From IMG/VR virus record IMGVR_UViG_3300036546_000318: a stretch of 39,705 nucleotides of DNA. One strand, written 5' to 3'. The DNA comes from a virus. Below, in pieces: positions 24,412 to 33,041 of the stretch (within the stretch, counting starts at the first letter, position 1; the number at the start of each line of letters is the position of its first letter). The position numbers and the translations under genes were made by a program. Below the pieces are notes generated by a model, which saw only the letters and a program-made list of their open reading frames with translations, did no database searches and was not told the DNA's origin.

Positions 24412-25531
24412 TGTCATGACGGAAAGCCGCATCAATACAATCAACGGCCTGCCTCTGGACGTCGGGGCACAGGTGGCTATACCTCTCCGTCACTTCCTCG
24501 TTGGTGTGCCCCATCAGCTTGGCTATCCAATAGAGCGGGACGCCAGAGATGGCCAGCCAGCTCCCGAACGTATGACGAAGGGAGTGGAACACAACCCTGT
24601 GGCGGGAATCATCCACCCCTTTGTTGAACTCCAGCGCGTCCACGGCGCGTCGGAACATGGCGGACGGCTCCGTACGCACGCCGCCGGTGCGCGAAGGAAA
24701 GACGACCTGCCCCGGCGGCGTCGGCTTGCCCATAAACACGCGGCGCAGCTCTCCGGAGATAAAGACAGTCCGGTCCCTTCCAGACTTCGTATCCTGAACC
24801 CGGATCGTCCCCGCGGACAGGTTCACCTGTTCGCCCTTCAGGCTGGCGATCTCTCCAAAGCGCATGCCGGTGTAAAGAGCGGCCACACAGACGCACCAGA
24901 AAGACTTCTGCGGGTCTCTGCAGCGCCTGTAAACCTCTTCAAGCAAGGCCCTTGCTTCATCCGGAGACAGCCATCTTGCGCGGCGGTTGTCGTAGCGTGG
25001 CCACTGGATCCTATCCGTCGGCGCCTTTCCTCTGTAGACACCCCACGCCTCAACCTTGCGGTAGATTCTTCTGATCAGAGAGAGGGCGTGCTCAATGGTT
25101 TTCGGGCTTTTGCCCTGCTCCTGCAGGTCAGCCTTGAACGCTTCCAAATCCAGGGGGGATATATCGCTCAGCATTTTTCCGCCGAGGGCATCCTTGAGAA
25201 GCGAGTTCCATCTGGACAACGTCTTCTGCGGGCTCTTGGTGTTCGCCAGGCAGTGGTTGTCGTAATAAAGAGCCCACGCCTCCTTCAGCGTCAAGCTGTC
25301 CTCTCCGCGCACCTGAGGCTGCTCGCCAAGCCGAACCTGGTTGAGCAGCTCTGTGCGCTTCTGCGCGGCGTAAGCCGCATCGACACCATCGGAGCGCCAT
25401 CCAATTTTGTGCCGCTCTTTCTTGCCTTTGTTCTTTATTGTGACGTAGTAGCAGACGTCTGGACGGCCTTGAAACCGTCGGGTGGTAGACGCGTAAAAAT
25501 AGACCCCTGTGAACTTCTTGACCCGCTCCAA
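24323..25531 (-). CDS. int: Tyrosine integrase
   Basis: 402 aa with an apparent TTG start. Catalytic signature: TGMRFGEIASL, HSLRHTFGSW, GH and ERYSHL. It is adjacent to the tRNA-derived attP. Confidence 0.9.
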   Translation of the reverse strand: MERVKKFTGVYFYASTTRRFQGRPDVCYYVTIKNKGKKERHKIGWRSDGVDAAYAAQKRTELLNQVRLGEQPQVRGEDSLTLKEAWALYYDNHCLANTKSPQKTLSRWNSLLKDALGGKMLSDISPLDLEAFKADLQEQGKSPKTIEHALSLIRRIYRKVEAWGVYRGKAPTDRIQWPRYDNRRARWLSPDEARALLEEVYRRCRDPQKSFWCVCVAALYTGMRFGEIASLKGEQVNLSAGTIRVQDTKSGRDRTVFISGELRRVFMGKPTPPGQVVFPSRTGGVRTEPSAMFRRAVDALEFNKGVDDSRHRVVFHSLRHTFGSWLAISGVPLYWIAKLMGHTNEEVTERYSHLCPDVQRQAVDCIDAAFRHDITPGLWFSLSKRRNTDPDPDDDTGLASPS

Positions 25532-25534
25532 TTT

Positions 25535-25583
25535 TTTGCCCCTTTTTTGCCCCCATACAACGTATTTGCCCCCGTTTTGCCCC
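25535..25583 (+). repeat. TTTGCCCC direct repeats, left arm (2 pairs with 11-bp phasing); candidate integrase arm-type sites
   Basis: Copies start at 25535, 25546, 25565 and 25576. They lie between the int start codon and the tRNA-derived core. Confidence 0.6.
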
Positions 25584-25688
25584 TTTGTGCGGCAACATGC
25601 GGAAGCGTGAGGAAATTCAAAACCTCTTTAATACTGGGGACTAGCGGCGTCAAGCAGGGTGTGGAGGCTTGCGGCAAAGGTGTAGTAA

Positions 25689-25738
25689 TCGGGCTCATAA
25701 CCCGAAGGTCAGAGGTTCAAATCCTCTCCCCGCTACCA
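25689..25738 (+). other. attP core: 3' portion of a tRNA-Met(CAU) gene (anticodon arm through CCA)
   Basis: tcggg-ctCATaa-cccga anticodon arm, variable loop aggtc, T arm agagg-ttcaaat-cctct, acceptor 3' strand ccccgct, then A and CCA. No matching D arm or 5' acceptor strand lies upstream. Confidence 0.75.
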
Positions 25739-25747
25739 AGAATATCA

Positions 25748-25789
25748 AGGACTTACGGACATAGTTTCCGTAAGTCCTTTTTCTGTTTT
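25748..25789 (+). terminator. Rho-independent terminator following the tRNA fragment
   Basis: 12-bp stem aggacttacgga/tccgtaagtcct with a 7-nt loop, followed by ttttctgtttt. Confidence 0.8.
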
Positions 25790-25935
25790 GCCCCCTATTT
25801 GCCCCCACGCTGCAACCTGGCTGCGTCCTGCCGCCGGGAAAATCCCTCTTTCACCATAATTTTTTGCCCCCTATTTGCCCCCTGCTCAAGCCTTTTCGAG
25901 CTGTGCAGCGTAGGCTTTTGCCCCCTTTTTGCCAC
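25787..25935 (+). repeat. TTTGCCCC direct repeats, right arm (3 pairs with 11-bp phasing)
   Basis: Copies start at 25787, 25798, 25863, 25874, 25917 and 25928. The last is degenerate (tttgccac). Confidence 0.6.
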
Positions 25936-26270
25936 CCCTGACGATAGCACACGTCGCCACCTGGGCCTTCGTGCTTTGCCAGCCTGCGATCATCATCGCG
26001 GCCGCCGCCAGCGGCCGCATCCACTGAGTGGTCCGCACTCCCTTCTTTCCCCCCGCACCCCCTCCCAAAAGGGAGCTGAGAAAGGTCTAATTGCAGGTCC
26101 GCAAATCTGCAGCCGACTTTGGGTCCTCCCAAGGCCACCCGGAATACGGGTGCTCCGAATCTCGATGTTTTCGCGGGGTCGGACATTTAATTATTTTACA
26201 ACTTTACAATTCTTGCTCCGGCCTGCCGAAGGGCTCCGGCCAATAAAACTCGCGCAAAAGGTGGTCGACT

Positions 26271-27944
26271 ATGGACGTTAAAAAGGAAGTGGAACAGGCG
26301 GTCGCTGAAGAGCGAGCAGCCCACAAACCAAACGAGCAGCCAGAAAACGAACCGCCAAAGGACAGCAAGCCGCGGGACAAGAGCTTTTTCGACCAGCTGC
26401 GCAAAGACTTCGACGACAACCACATGGGGGACGCCCGCCGGTTTTCGGAAAAGTTCGACGGCAGGCTGGCCTACGACAATATCCAGGGCCGGTGGTTCAT
26501 CTACGAGAAGACGCATTGGCAACAGGATCGAGGGAAGGTCCACACACACAAGGTGACGGAGATCGCCGACGACTACAAAGCTCAGAGCCACTGGATGGCT
26601 CAAAAGATAAACGAGGAAAAGGCCAAGCCTGAGTTTCAGGCCATGGCCAAGGGAGAGCAGAAGGACTTCCTCCGCCCGATGATCGCCAACCAAAAAGCCT
26701 ACGAGTCCCGGGCAAAGGAACTCAAGGATCCGGCGCGGATTAACAAGGTGCTCTCGTTGGCCAGCGTGGCCACGCCTGGCTACCTGGGCGTGGTCGGCAA
26801 AGAATGGAACGAGGATCCCTGCCTATTTGCCTGTGGAAACAGGGTGATCGACCTGAGGACCGGGAAGGCGTTGGAACCAGATCCTAAGTTCTACATCAAC
26901 CGTGCCTCCACGATTGAGTGGGCTGGACTTCAAGCCGAAAGCCCCCTCTGGGAAAACTTCCTTAGCCAGGTGTTCAACGGAGATGTGGAGCTGATCGACT
27001 ACATCCAAAAGTGTGTTGGATACTGGATGACAGGACTCATGACCCATCAGGAGTTCTATTGCCTGTGGGGGCCACAAGGTCGCAACGGCAAAGGTGTGTT
27101 TTTCCGGACACTCCGGATGGTCATGGGCAGCTATTTCCAGATGATGCCTTCCAAATACCTGCTCGACGAAAAAAGCCTGCAGAACACCGACAAGCCGGAC
27201 CAGCACCTAGTGGCCCTTGAGCACACCAGGCTGGCCTGCGCATCCGAGGCCCCGAAAAAAGCACGATTCTCGGAAGGCGCAATCAAGCAGCTGTCTGGGG
27301 GTGACCCAGTTACCTGCCGCGGCATGTATGCGCTGGATGTGACTGAGTACATCCCGAAGTTCAAAATGCTTTTTGCAACAAACCGCGTGCCAACTGTCAA
27401 CGGCGACGACAAAGCATTTCAAGAGCGGCTCCGGATTATCAAATTCCCGTGCACATTCAAACACGGGGTAGAAGCGGATCCGGAAGCAAAGGTCTACCCG
27501 ATGGATCCACAGCTCGAAAAGAAGCTGCACACTATGGACAACCTCCAGGGGATTCTGGCCTGGGCTGTGCGCGGCGCCGTCGAGTTTATTGCATCGGGCA
27601 CCCTTATGCCGCCCGAGTCCGTTCTCTCAGACACCCGCAGCTTCATGGAAGACAACGACTTCATCGGCGAGTTCATACGCGACTGCCTCGAGGTTCACCC
27701 GGACGCGCCAGAAAGCAACACGCCGAAGGAGCAGAAGACTCAGATGAAGCACATCTACGAAGCCTTCCGCAAGTGGTCCATCGAGGAAAAGGCCGTACCT
27801 GAAAACAAGGTCTGGTCTATGCGAGCCCTGGGCAGCGACTTCGGGAACCGGACGGACATCCACCGCGTCAGCCCTAAGAACTTGGTTTTCTACAACATAA
27901 CCATCAAGCCGGAGTGGCGCGAGAAAGAGCAGGCTCAATTCTAG
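26271..27944 (+). CDS. Replicative primase-helicase (P4-alpha/D5 family SF3 helicase)
   Basis: 557 aa with Walker A GPQGRNGKG and a D5_N-like region upstream. The C-terminal ~70 aa form a P4-type DNA-binding-like tail. Confidence 0.8.
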   Translation: MDVKKEVEQAVAEERAAHKPNEQPENEPPKDSKPRDKSFFDQLRKDFDDNHMGDARRFSEKFDGRLAYDNIQGRWFIYEKTHWQQDRGKVHTHKVTEIADDYKAQSHWMAQKINEEKAKPEFQAMAKGEQKDFLRPMIANQKAYESRAKELKDPARINKVLSLASVATPGYLGVVGKEWNEDPCLFACGNRVIDLRTGKALEPDPKFYINRASTIEWAGLQAESPLWENFLSQVFNGDVELIDYIQKCVGYWMTGLMTHQEFYCLWGPQGRNGKGVFFRTLRMVMGSYFQMMPSKYLLDEKSLQNTDKPDQHLVALEHTRLACASEAPKKARFSEGAIKQLSGGDPVTCRGMYALDVTEYIPKFKMLFATNRVPTVNGDDKAFQERLRIIKFPCTFKHGVEADPEAKVYPMDPQLEKKLHTMDNLQGILAWAVRGAVEFIASGTLMPPESVLSDTRSFMEDNDFIGEFIRDCLEVHPDAPESNTPKEQKTQMKHIYEAFRKWSIEEKAVPENKVWSMRALGSDFGNRTDIHRVSPKNLVFYNITIKPEWREKEQAQF

Positions 27945-28000
27945 CGCCTACGTCGAAGGTCTCCGCTTTTGTCTATGGAAACGACTAAAGGAGTAAACAC

Positions 28001-28324
28001 ATGAAAACAAACATTTTTCCATTCCTTTTTATCCTACCTTACCCCTCTTACCCCTTTTTCTTAGAAAGTAGAGAGAGAGAGAAAGTAAAAAGAGAAATAG
28101 ATAGGTTTTACATAGGGGGGAGTAACAGTGAAAAAAGGTCTATTCTCTCTAAGTTTGACAGTTTTTTCAATTACTGCGGTTCTTTATACCAAAAGACTGT
28201 CTTTTTAAGGGGCCAGTCATTGACTAAGGAACTGAGACAAAGGCGAAGATTTGCCCCCGACTTTGACCTTTCGGCTGCCTGCTTGGCGAAAAGATGCCTG
28301 CCGGCAGAAGGGGGTGCGCAATGA
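28001..28324 (+). CDS. Doubtful ORF in the low-GC island (hypothetical, hydrophobic N-terminus)
   Basis: For: RBS aaggag 7 nt upstream, and its stop overlaps the primase ATG (ATGA). Against: ~35% GC over the first 200 nt and a homopurine/homopyrimidine composition. Confidence 0.3.
   Translation: MKTNIFPFLFILPYPSYPFFLESREREKVKREIDRFYIGGSNSEKRSILSKFDSFFNYCGSLYQKTVFLRGQSLTKELRQRRRFAPDFDLSAACLAKRCLPAEGGAQ
28014..28105. repeat. Adjacent ~49-nt polypyrimidine and ~43-nt polypurine tracts, including (GA)n
   Basis: tttttccattcctttttatcctaccttacccctcttacccctttttctt is followed directly by agaaagtagagagagagagaaagtaaaaagagaaatagatagg. Confidence 0.8.
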
Positions 28325-29808
28325 GCATGGCACTGGACCGCCTAGGCAGTGAGGAACGAAGGGTAATAGCTGAGAATCTGCTGACAGAAGCAAAGCCGTT
28401 CAAGGCTGGAGAGCTGACAGCACACTGCCCTTTCCACTTGGAAGGGACCCCCGGTGGCGCGTTTTTTTATAACCATGAGCGCGACCTGGCATACTGTCAC
28501 AGCTGCGGGCAGAACTCCGACCTGGTCGGGATATACAACGCGGTCAACGGTCGCGACGTGGACGATTCTGAGGGGTGTCGTGAGTTTCTAAAAACCTATT
28601 GCCCGAACTCTGGCGGGACACGCCCTGTCCGACAAGGTGAACGGCCTCGCCGGCCCGAAGGATGGTCCCCTCCTTCAACCGCGTTCCCCCCAGACTTGTG
28701 GATTCAAAAGGCGACCGACTTCGTAGGGCATTCGGTTGATCGCTTGCAGGAAAATAAAGAGCAACTTGCAGAGTTAGCCCGGTGTGGGATCAGCCCGAAA
28801 GTGGCCAAGCTCTGCAGAATGGGATGGAACGACAAAGACAAGTGGCCACCCGTTACAGCGTGGGGGCTTCCTCACGAGAAGAACGAACGGGGAAAAGAGA
28901 AAAAAATATGGCTCCCAGAGGGATTGGTTATCCCGGCGATACGAGATGGCCAAGTGGTCAAGCTGAAGGTGCGCCGCCCCAACCCCAGAACACCCTGGGG
29001 CGATGACCGTAAATACTGGGAAGTCAAAGGCGGCGCCAACGGCCTTTTCCATGTTTACGGGCGCCCGACATTCCGGATTTGGGTGCTCGTCGAAACAGAG
29101 CGAGACGCTGCAATGGTGTGGGCTCTTTGCCATGACCTGGGCGTCGGGGCGATCGGGGCCGGTGGAGCCGCAAAGCGTCCGTGTGAATTTGTGACCGGAA
29201 TCCTGCGCAGGGCCAAGGTTATACTCAACGCACTGGACTACGATCCCGCCGGCGCGACGAACACCTATAAGTTTTGGGAGCAGGAGTTCCCGAACAGCGT
29301 TCGCTACCCCGCCCCGCCGTCAATGGGAAAAGACGTCGGCGACGCGTACAGGAACGGCCTCGATGTCCGTCAATGGGTATGGGAAGGCCTCCCCGGATTC
29401 GTCCAAAGATATCTGCAAAACATGGCCGGCCAACCCGAAACGACGGAGCAGTCGCAGGAGTCAGCCGCCCAAGAGCAGCCTCAAGCGGCAACCCCACGCC
29501 CCACACTCGGGCAGGTTTTGCAATGGATGGAGCCCTGGCCTCTTTGGAGGCAGGAGCTTTCCGAGTTTTATTCCGCGATGGCGGAGACAGAGTTTCGAAT
29601 CTTTCGTCGTCAAGGGGATGACGGGCTTTGGATGGGCATCGAAAGCAATGACTGGGATGCGCTGAGAGAAGACGAGCCGCGCCGGATCCTTTTTGTCACG
29701 CTGAGAGAGCGGCTCTTCAACCGCATAGAGCTTGATCCTGATCTTGGCTTGAACTCGCTCGACAACATCATCAACCACTATTTCGGCGACTACTTGGAGG
29801 TGCGCTAA
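28321..29808 (+). CDS. DnaG-like primase (CHC2 zinc finger plus TOPRIM)
   Basis: The preferred ATG at 28321 follows gaaggggg. Motifs: zinc finger CPFHLEGTPGGAFF...CHSCG, and TOPRIM acidic motifs LVETERDA and NALDYDPAG. Confidence 0.8.
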   Translation: MSMALDRLGSEERRVIAENLLTEAKPFKAGELTAHCPFHLEGTPGGAFFYNHERDLAYCHSCGQNSDLVGIYNAVNGRDVDDSEGCREFLKTYCPNSGGTRPVRQGERPRRPEGWSPPSTAFPPDLWIQKATDFVGHSVDRLQENKEQLAELARCGISPKVAKLCRMGWNDKDKWPPVTAWGLPHEKNERGKEKKIWLPEGLVIPAIRDGQVVKLKVRRPNPRTPWGDDRKYWEVKGGANGLFHVYGRPTFRIWVLVETERDAAMVWALCHDLGVGAIGAGGAAKRPCEFVTGILRRAKVILNALDYDPAGATNTYKFWEQEFPNSVRYPAPPSMGKDVGDAYRNGLDVRQWVWEGLPGFVQRYLQNMAGQPETTEQSQESAAQEQPQAATPRPTLGQVLQWMEPWPLWRQELSEFYSAMAETEFRIFRRQGDDGLWMGIESNDWDALREDEPRRILFVTLRERLFNRIELDPDLGLNSLDNIINHYFGDYLEVR

Positions 29809-30650
29809 TGAGCAAGGAGACAATTTGGTTTAAGAACGCTGCACAGATACATCGCTACCTCACGTGCGAGATAGGTGAAGAGTATATCTACGGCGACAGA
29901 GAGGTGGCGACAAAGGAGAAAGGGCTGGTTTTCAGCGTTGCCCAGAAAACCGTCTATAACCACATCGACGCGGCGCTGCTGAAGTCCAGGCGCGGTGCAG
30001 GCGGCTATGCGAAGCGCACGGTCGACCAATACGCGAAGCGTGAGCTGGGGGACAAGATCGTCTCCGGCAGCAAAGGAGAGCTGCCCGAACCGGACGAAAC
30101 GGAAGATGAAACCGGCCTCGCCCGTTCGCGTAGAACCATGGCCGACGCGGAAGTAAAAGAGGTTGACGCTCAACTGAAGCGGCTCAAGCTCCAGGAGAAG
30201 CTCGGCGAGATTGTCCCCCTATCCCAGGTTGAACGCGAGCTCGGCGAACGGCAGCAGGCATGGAAGCTCTATATGACTTCCTTCATGCGAGACCACAAGT
30301 CCGAACTCATCTCCGCATTCGGCGGGGATCTGGACGTGGCGCAAGAGATTATCGCCCTGGTCGACGGAGACACAGAAAAGGCGGAGGCGCTGTCCGGATG
30401 GATGTTCGCCCGTTCCCCCGTCCTGCTGGACGCTTTTCGCAAGCGCATCGTTGACGGCCTGAACGCCTTTGCCATGGGTGAATGGTTTACCGACGAAGTT
30501 CGGGACGCATGGGAAAAATGGGACGCTGCCCGGAAAGCGAAAGACGTTGAAACGATGGAGATGCTCATCGAGCTCGTTGACGGAGACCCCGACCAGGCGC
30601 GTCTCGCACTCGACCGTTTTGAAGTCAAGATGAAAGGGGGTGCGGCATGA
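29808..30650 (+). CDS. Terminase small subunit (Nu1-like)
   Basis: 280 aa, directly upstream of and overlapping the gpA-type large subunit. It has an N-terminal HTH-like segment and a central coiled region (VDAQLKRLKLQEKLGEIVPLSQVE) reminiscent of Nu1. Confidence 0.55.
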   Translation: MSKETIWFKNAAQIHRYLTCEIGEEYIYGDREVATKEKGLVFSVAQKTVYNHIDAALLKSRRGAGGYAKRTVDQYAKRELGDKIVSGSKGELPEPDETEDETGLARSRRTMADAEVKEVDAQLKRLKLQEKLGEIVPLSQVERELGERQQAWKLYMTSFMRDHKSELISAFGGDLDVAQEIIALVDGDTEKAEALSGWMFARSPVLLDAFRKRIVDGLNAFAMGEWFTDEVRDAWEKWDAARKAKDVETMEMLIELVDGDPDQARLALDRFEVKMKGGAA

Positions 30651-32542
30651 GTTACAACACCCCTCCCATAGCTCTATATCCGGGTGAGATTCAGGTATTG
30701 CAGTCCCGTCCGTGGAAGTCCACGGCAGACTTTGCGTCCGACGACTTCGTGCTGGTCACCGGCCCGCACGCAGGCCAGACCTATCGGCATGATCTGTACC
30801 CCTATGGGCGCTGGATTATGGAGCTGTGGGACATGCCCTCCGTTCGGACCGTCTTCATTGTTGCACCTTCTCAGACTGGGAAGACGACCATAGCCTATGC
30901 CTGCCTGTGCTCCGAGATTAGCCGCAACCCTTCGTCTGCCGGCATCGGTATGCCAGACCAGAGCACAATGATTCGGATCTTCGATGAAAAGCTCGGCCCA
31001 CACTTCAAGCGAAGCAAAGCGCTGAGAGAGCTGCTGTCTGAAGACAGGCAGATAGCCCTCCAGAACGGCAAAATCCTGACGAAGTTCGGAGCCATCTACG
31101 GCATGTATGCAGGCTCCGACGCGTCCGCATCGTCGGTGACGCTCCGGCTGCTGGGTGTCGATGAAGAGGATGCGTATCTTGACAAGCAGGCGGCACACAG
31201 AATGCTCGAGCGGACCATGTCGTATGAGGACGAAGCGAAGGTGCTTCGCTTTTCCAAAGTCCGCGGCAACGAACGGCAGTCCACGATCTGGCGCGATATG
31301 AAGGCAGAGGCTCAGATAATATACCAGCCCCGCGCCAAGTGCCCGAACTGCGGCACCCTCCAGCTCATGGACTTCAAGCGGATCAAGGTCCCGGGCAAGA
31401 TGCGCGACCCGAAGCAGATCCTGCAGCAGCGTGCGGCATACTACGAGTGCGAAGGCTGCGCCATGCGCTGGAATGACCACCACCGGAACCTTGCCGTGCA
31501 GCGCGGGGATCTCTACTCGGAGCATGAAGTGCCCAGCCCGTCAGCTGTGGGCGTAATCATACCGTCCTGGTACAGCCGGACAGTTTCACTGAGTAAAGTG
31601 ATGTCCGATTGGTTCACCGCCCTCGAACGCGGAACGCCAGCCGACATGCAGGCGTTCGACAACGCCCATCCGTCAAAGCCATACCAGGTCGTGACATTCG
31701 ACACCCCGGAAGATCAGATCAAAAAAATGATCCTCCACGACAGGCCCCCTCGTATCGTGCCGGCGGAAGCCGTTGCGCTGACGATGGGAGTTGACAGCCA
31801 GAAATCCAGCTATTTCTTTGTAGTCCGCGCCTGGGCACGCTCCGGCGAGTCCTGGCTGATAGACTATGGTGAGCTGCCAAACAAAGAGGCGCTGGATACG
31901 CAAAGAACCAGATCCGCCTACCCGGTGGAAGGACGCGACGACGTGCTCATGCCGATCTGGCGGACCGCCATCGACTTCGGCGGCACCAGAGACGAATCCC
32001 ACATGGAGGGCTGGTCCAGGTCTGAAGAGGTCAAGCTGATGGTTCTCGAAGCCGATGACGACAACTTCTTTGCCGTCAAGGGCGCGTCCCGCAAGCAAGA
32101 CGTTGTGGTCCGCAGATCGGAAACCGGCGTACACCGGGATGTCCCGCGAGAGTACCAGCAGAACATCACCATCTACACGCTCGACACCATCGATCTGAAG
32201 GACCTGATCTTTCTGGTTCGGCTACGCCCCGACTCGCTGCAACCCATGTGGCTGCACAGAGAGGTCGGAGACGACTACCTTCGCCAGCTGAACTCGGAAA
32301 AGCGAGAGGTTGACGGCAAAGGCAATGCGACCTGGGTGCAGAAAAAAGCGGCAAACCACCTGCTTGACTGCGAAGTCTACGCGGCTGCGTGCGCGCACCC
32401 GGACTGGACGCCCGCCCTCCAGTTACTCGCCGAACCGCAGTACCGCAGTTCGACTCCTCAAAGCCACGCGGATCCGGAGCCTGCGGTTTCCATGTCACCC
32501 CTTTCCGGCCGTGTCATCAACCCCAACTTCCGGAGGTTCTGA
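30647..32542 (+). CDS. Terminase large subunit (lambda gpA family)
   Basis: 631 aa with Walker A APSQTGKT and an internal zinc ribbon CPNCG...CEGC, as in gpA-type terminases. Confidence 0.85.
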   Translation: MSYNTPPIALYPGEIQVLQSRPWKSTADFASDDFVLVTGPHAGQTYRHDLYPYGRWIMELWDMPSVRTVFIVAPSQTGKTTIAYACLCSEISRNPSSAGIGMPDQSTMIRIFDEKLGPHFKRSKALRELLSEDRQIALQNGKILTKFGAIYGMYAGSDASASSVTLRLLGVDEEDAYLDKQAAHRMLERTMSYEDEAKVLRFSKVRGNERQSTIWRDMKAEAQIIYQPRAKCPNCGTLQLMDFKRIKVPGKMRDPKQILQQRAAYYECEGCAMRWNDHHRNLAVQRGDLYSEHEVPSPSAVGVIIPSWYSRTVSLSKVMSDWFTALERGTPADMQAFDNAHPSKPYQVVTFDTPEDQIKKMILHDRPPRIVPAEAVALTMGVDSQKSSYFFVVRAWARSGESWLIDYGELPNKEALDTQRTRSAYPVEGRDDVLMPIWRTAIDFGGTRDESHMEGWSRSEEVKLMVLEADDDNFFAVKGASRKQDVVVRRSETGVHRDVPREYQQNITIYTLDTIDLKDLIFLVRLRPDSLQPMWLHREVGDDYLRQLNSEKREVDGKGNATWVQKKAANHLLDCEVYAAACAHPDWTPALQLLAEPQYRSSTPQSHADPEPAVSMSPLSGRVINPNFRRF

Positions 32543-32775
32543 TGCACGACTCGTTACGGGCGATTCCAAAAGAAGATCTGCGCAGGCTGGTAGAGGAGAT
32601 TCAGGGTGCCGGAGCGGTGGACTACAGCTCCAGATATGGCGCCATCTGCCCCGTGTGCGGAGCGGAGCGGTGCAGGGTGACAAGGACTGATCCGTGGTTT
32701 GGGTCTTGCCGAGAGCGGTTTCATCGATGCAAGGCCTGTGGGCTGAGATTCAAAAGCGTGGAGGCGGACAGATGA
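32542..32775 (+). CDS. Ogr/Delta-like zinc-finger protein (candidate late-gene activator) with a 35-aa N-terminal extension
   Basis: ATG at 32542 overlaps the terminase TGA. CPVCG-x6-TRT-x10-RFHRCKACGLRFKSVE parallels P2 Ogr (CPLC...RTSR...RYHQC..C..TF.T.E). Confidence 0.5.
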   Translation: MHDSLRAIPKEDLRRLVEEIQGAGAVDYSSRYGAICPVCGAERCRVTRTDPWFGSCRERFHRCKACGLRFKSVEADR

Positions 32776-33041
32776 TGCGAATCAGCCTTGAAGCCCAGGC
32801 GTCCGACTTCGCCGTAACCACCAGGCGCGACGGCACCACCGGGCTCTTCATCAAGCAAGAGGGAGCCAGTGTGGCCATCGAGCTTGACCAGGGCGGAGTG
32901 GACCGCTTGACCGAACTACTTTGCCAGTTGCCGCAGCGCTGCGAGGATTGCGTTCACGTTGAAGCCTGTCGCCATGCAACCGAAGACACAGACCCGAGCC
33001 TTTGCGGAGGCCGGTTCGAAAAGGAGAAAAGCCATGAGTAA
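32772..33041 (+). CDS. Cys-rich hypothetical protein
   Basis: 89 aa with an ATGA overlap upstream. C-terminal motif: CQLPQRCEDCVHVEACRH...LCGG. Confidence 0.5.
   Translation: MMRISLEAQASDFAVTTRRDGTTGLFIKQEGASVAIELDQGGVDRLTELLCQLPQRCEDCVHVEACRHATEDTDPSLCGGRFEKEKSHE

Noticed and set aside
25642-25738. A complete tRNA gene at the integrase-proximal site
   Set aside because: Only the anticodon arm, variable loop, T arm and acceptor 3' strand are present. The upstream sequence cannot form a D arm or the 5' acceptor strand (tagcggcg lies 97 nt from the CCA and is mismatched). It is therefore called an attP tRNA fragment, not a tRNA.
25535-25935. Repeat array considered as CRISPR or iterons
   Set aside because: The units are only 8 bp, with irregular spacing between the pairs (30, 76 and 54 bp between successive pair starts within each arm) and no conserved longer repeat. 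Their position around the tRNA-derived core next to int fits arm-type recombinase sites better.
24416-26281. Longest ORF in this region (621 aa, + strand)
   Set aside because: It runs antisense to the whole integrase gene, then reads through the attP repeats, the tRNA fragment and a terminator. It has no RBS and no recognisable motif. Long spurious antisense ORFs are expected in ~60% GC DNA.
29700-29810. cos site expected immediately upstream of the Nu1-like gene
   Set aside because: The region is fully coding (primase 3' end) and shows no obvious symmetric nick site or repeated R-type boxes by eye. Packaging site location is left open; see the finding on 36084-36281.
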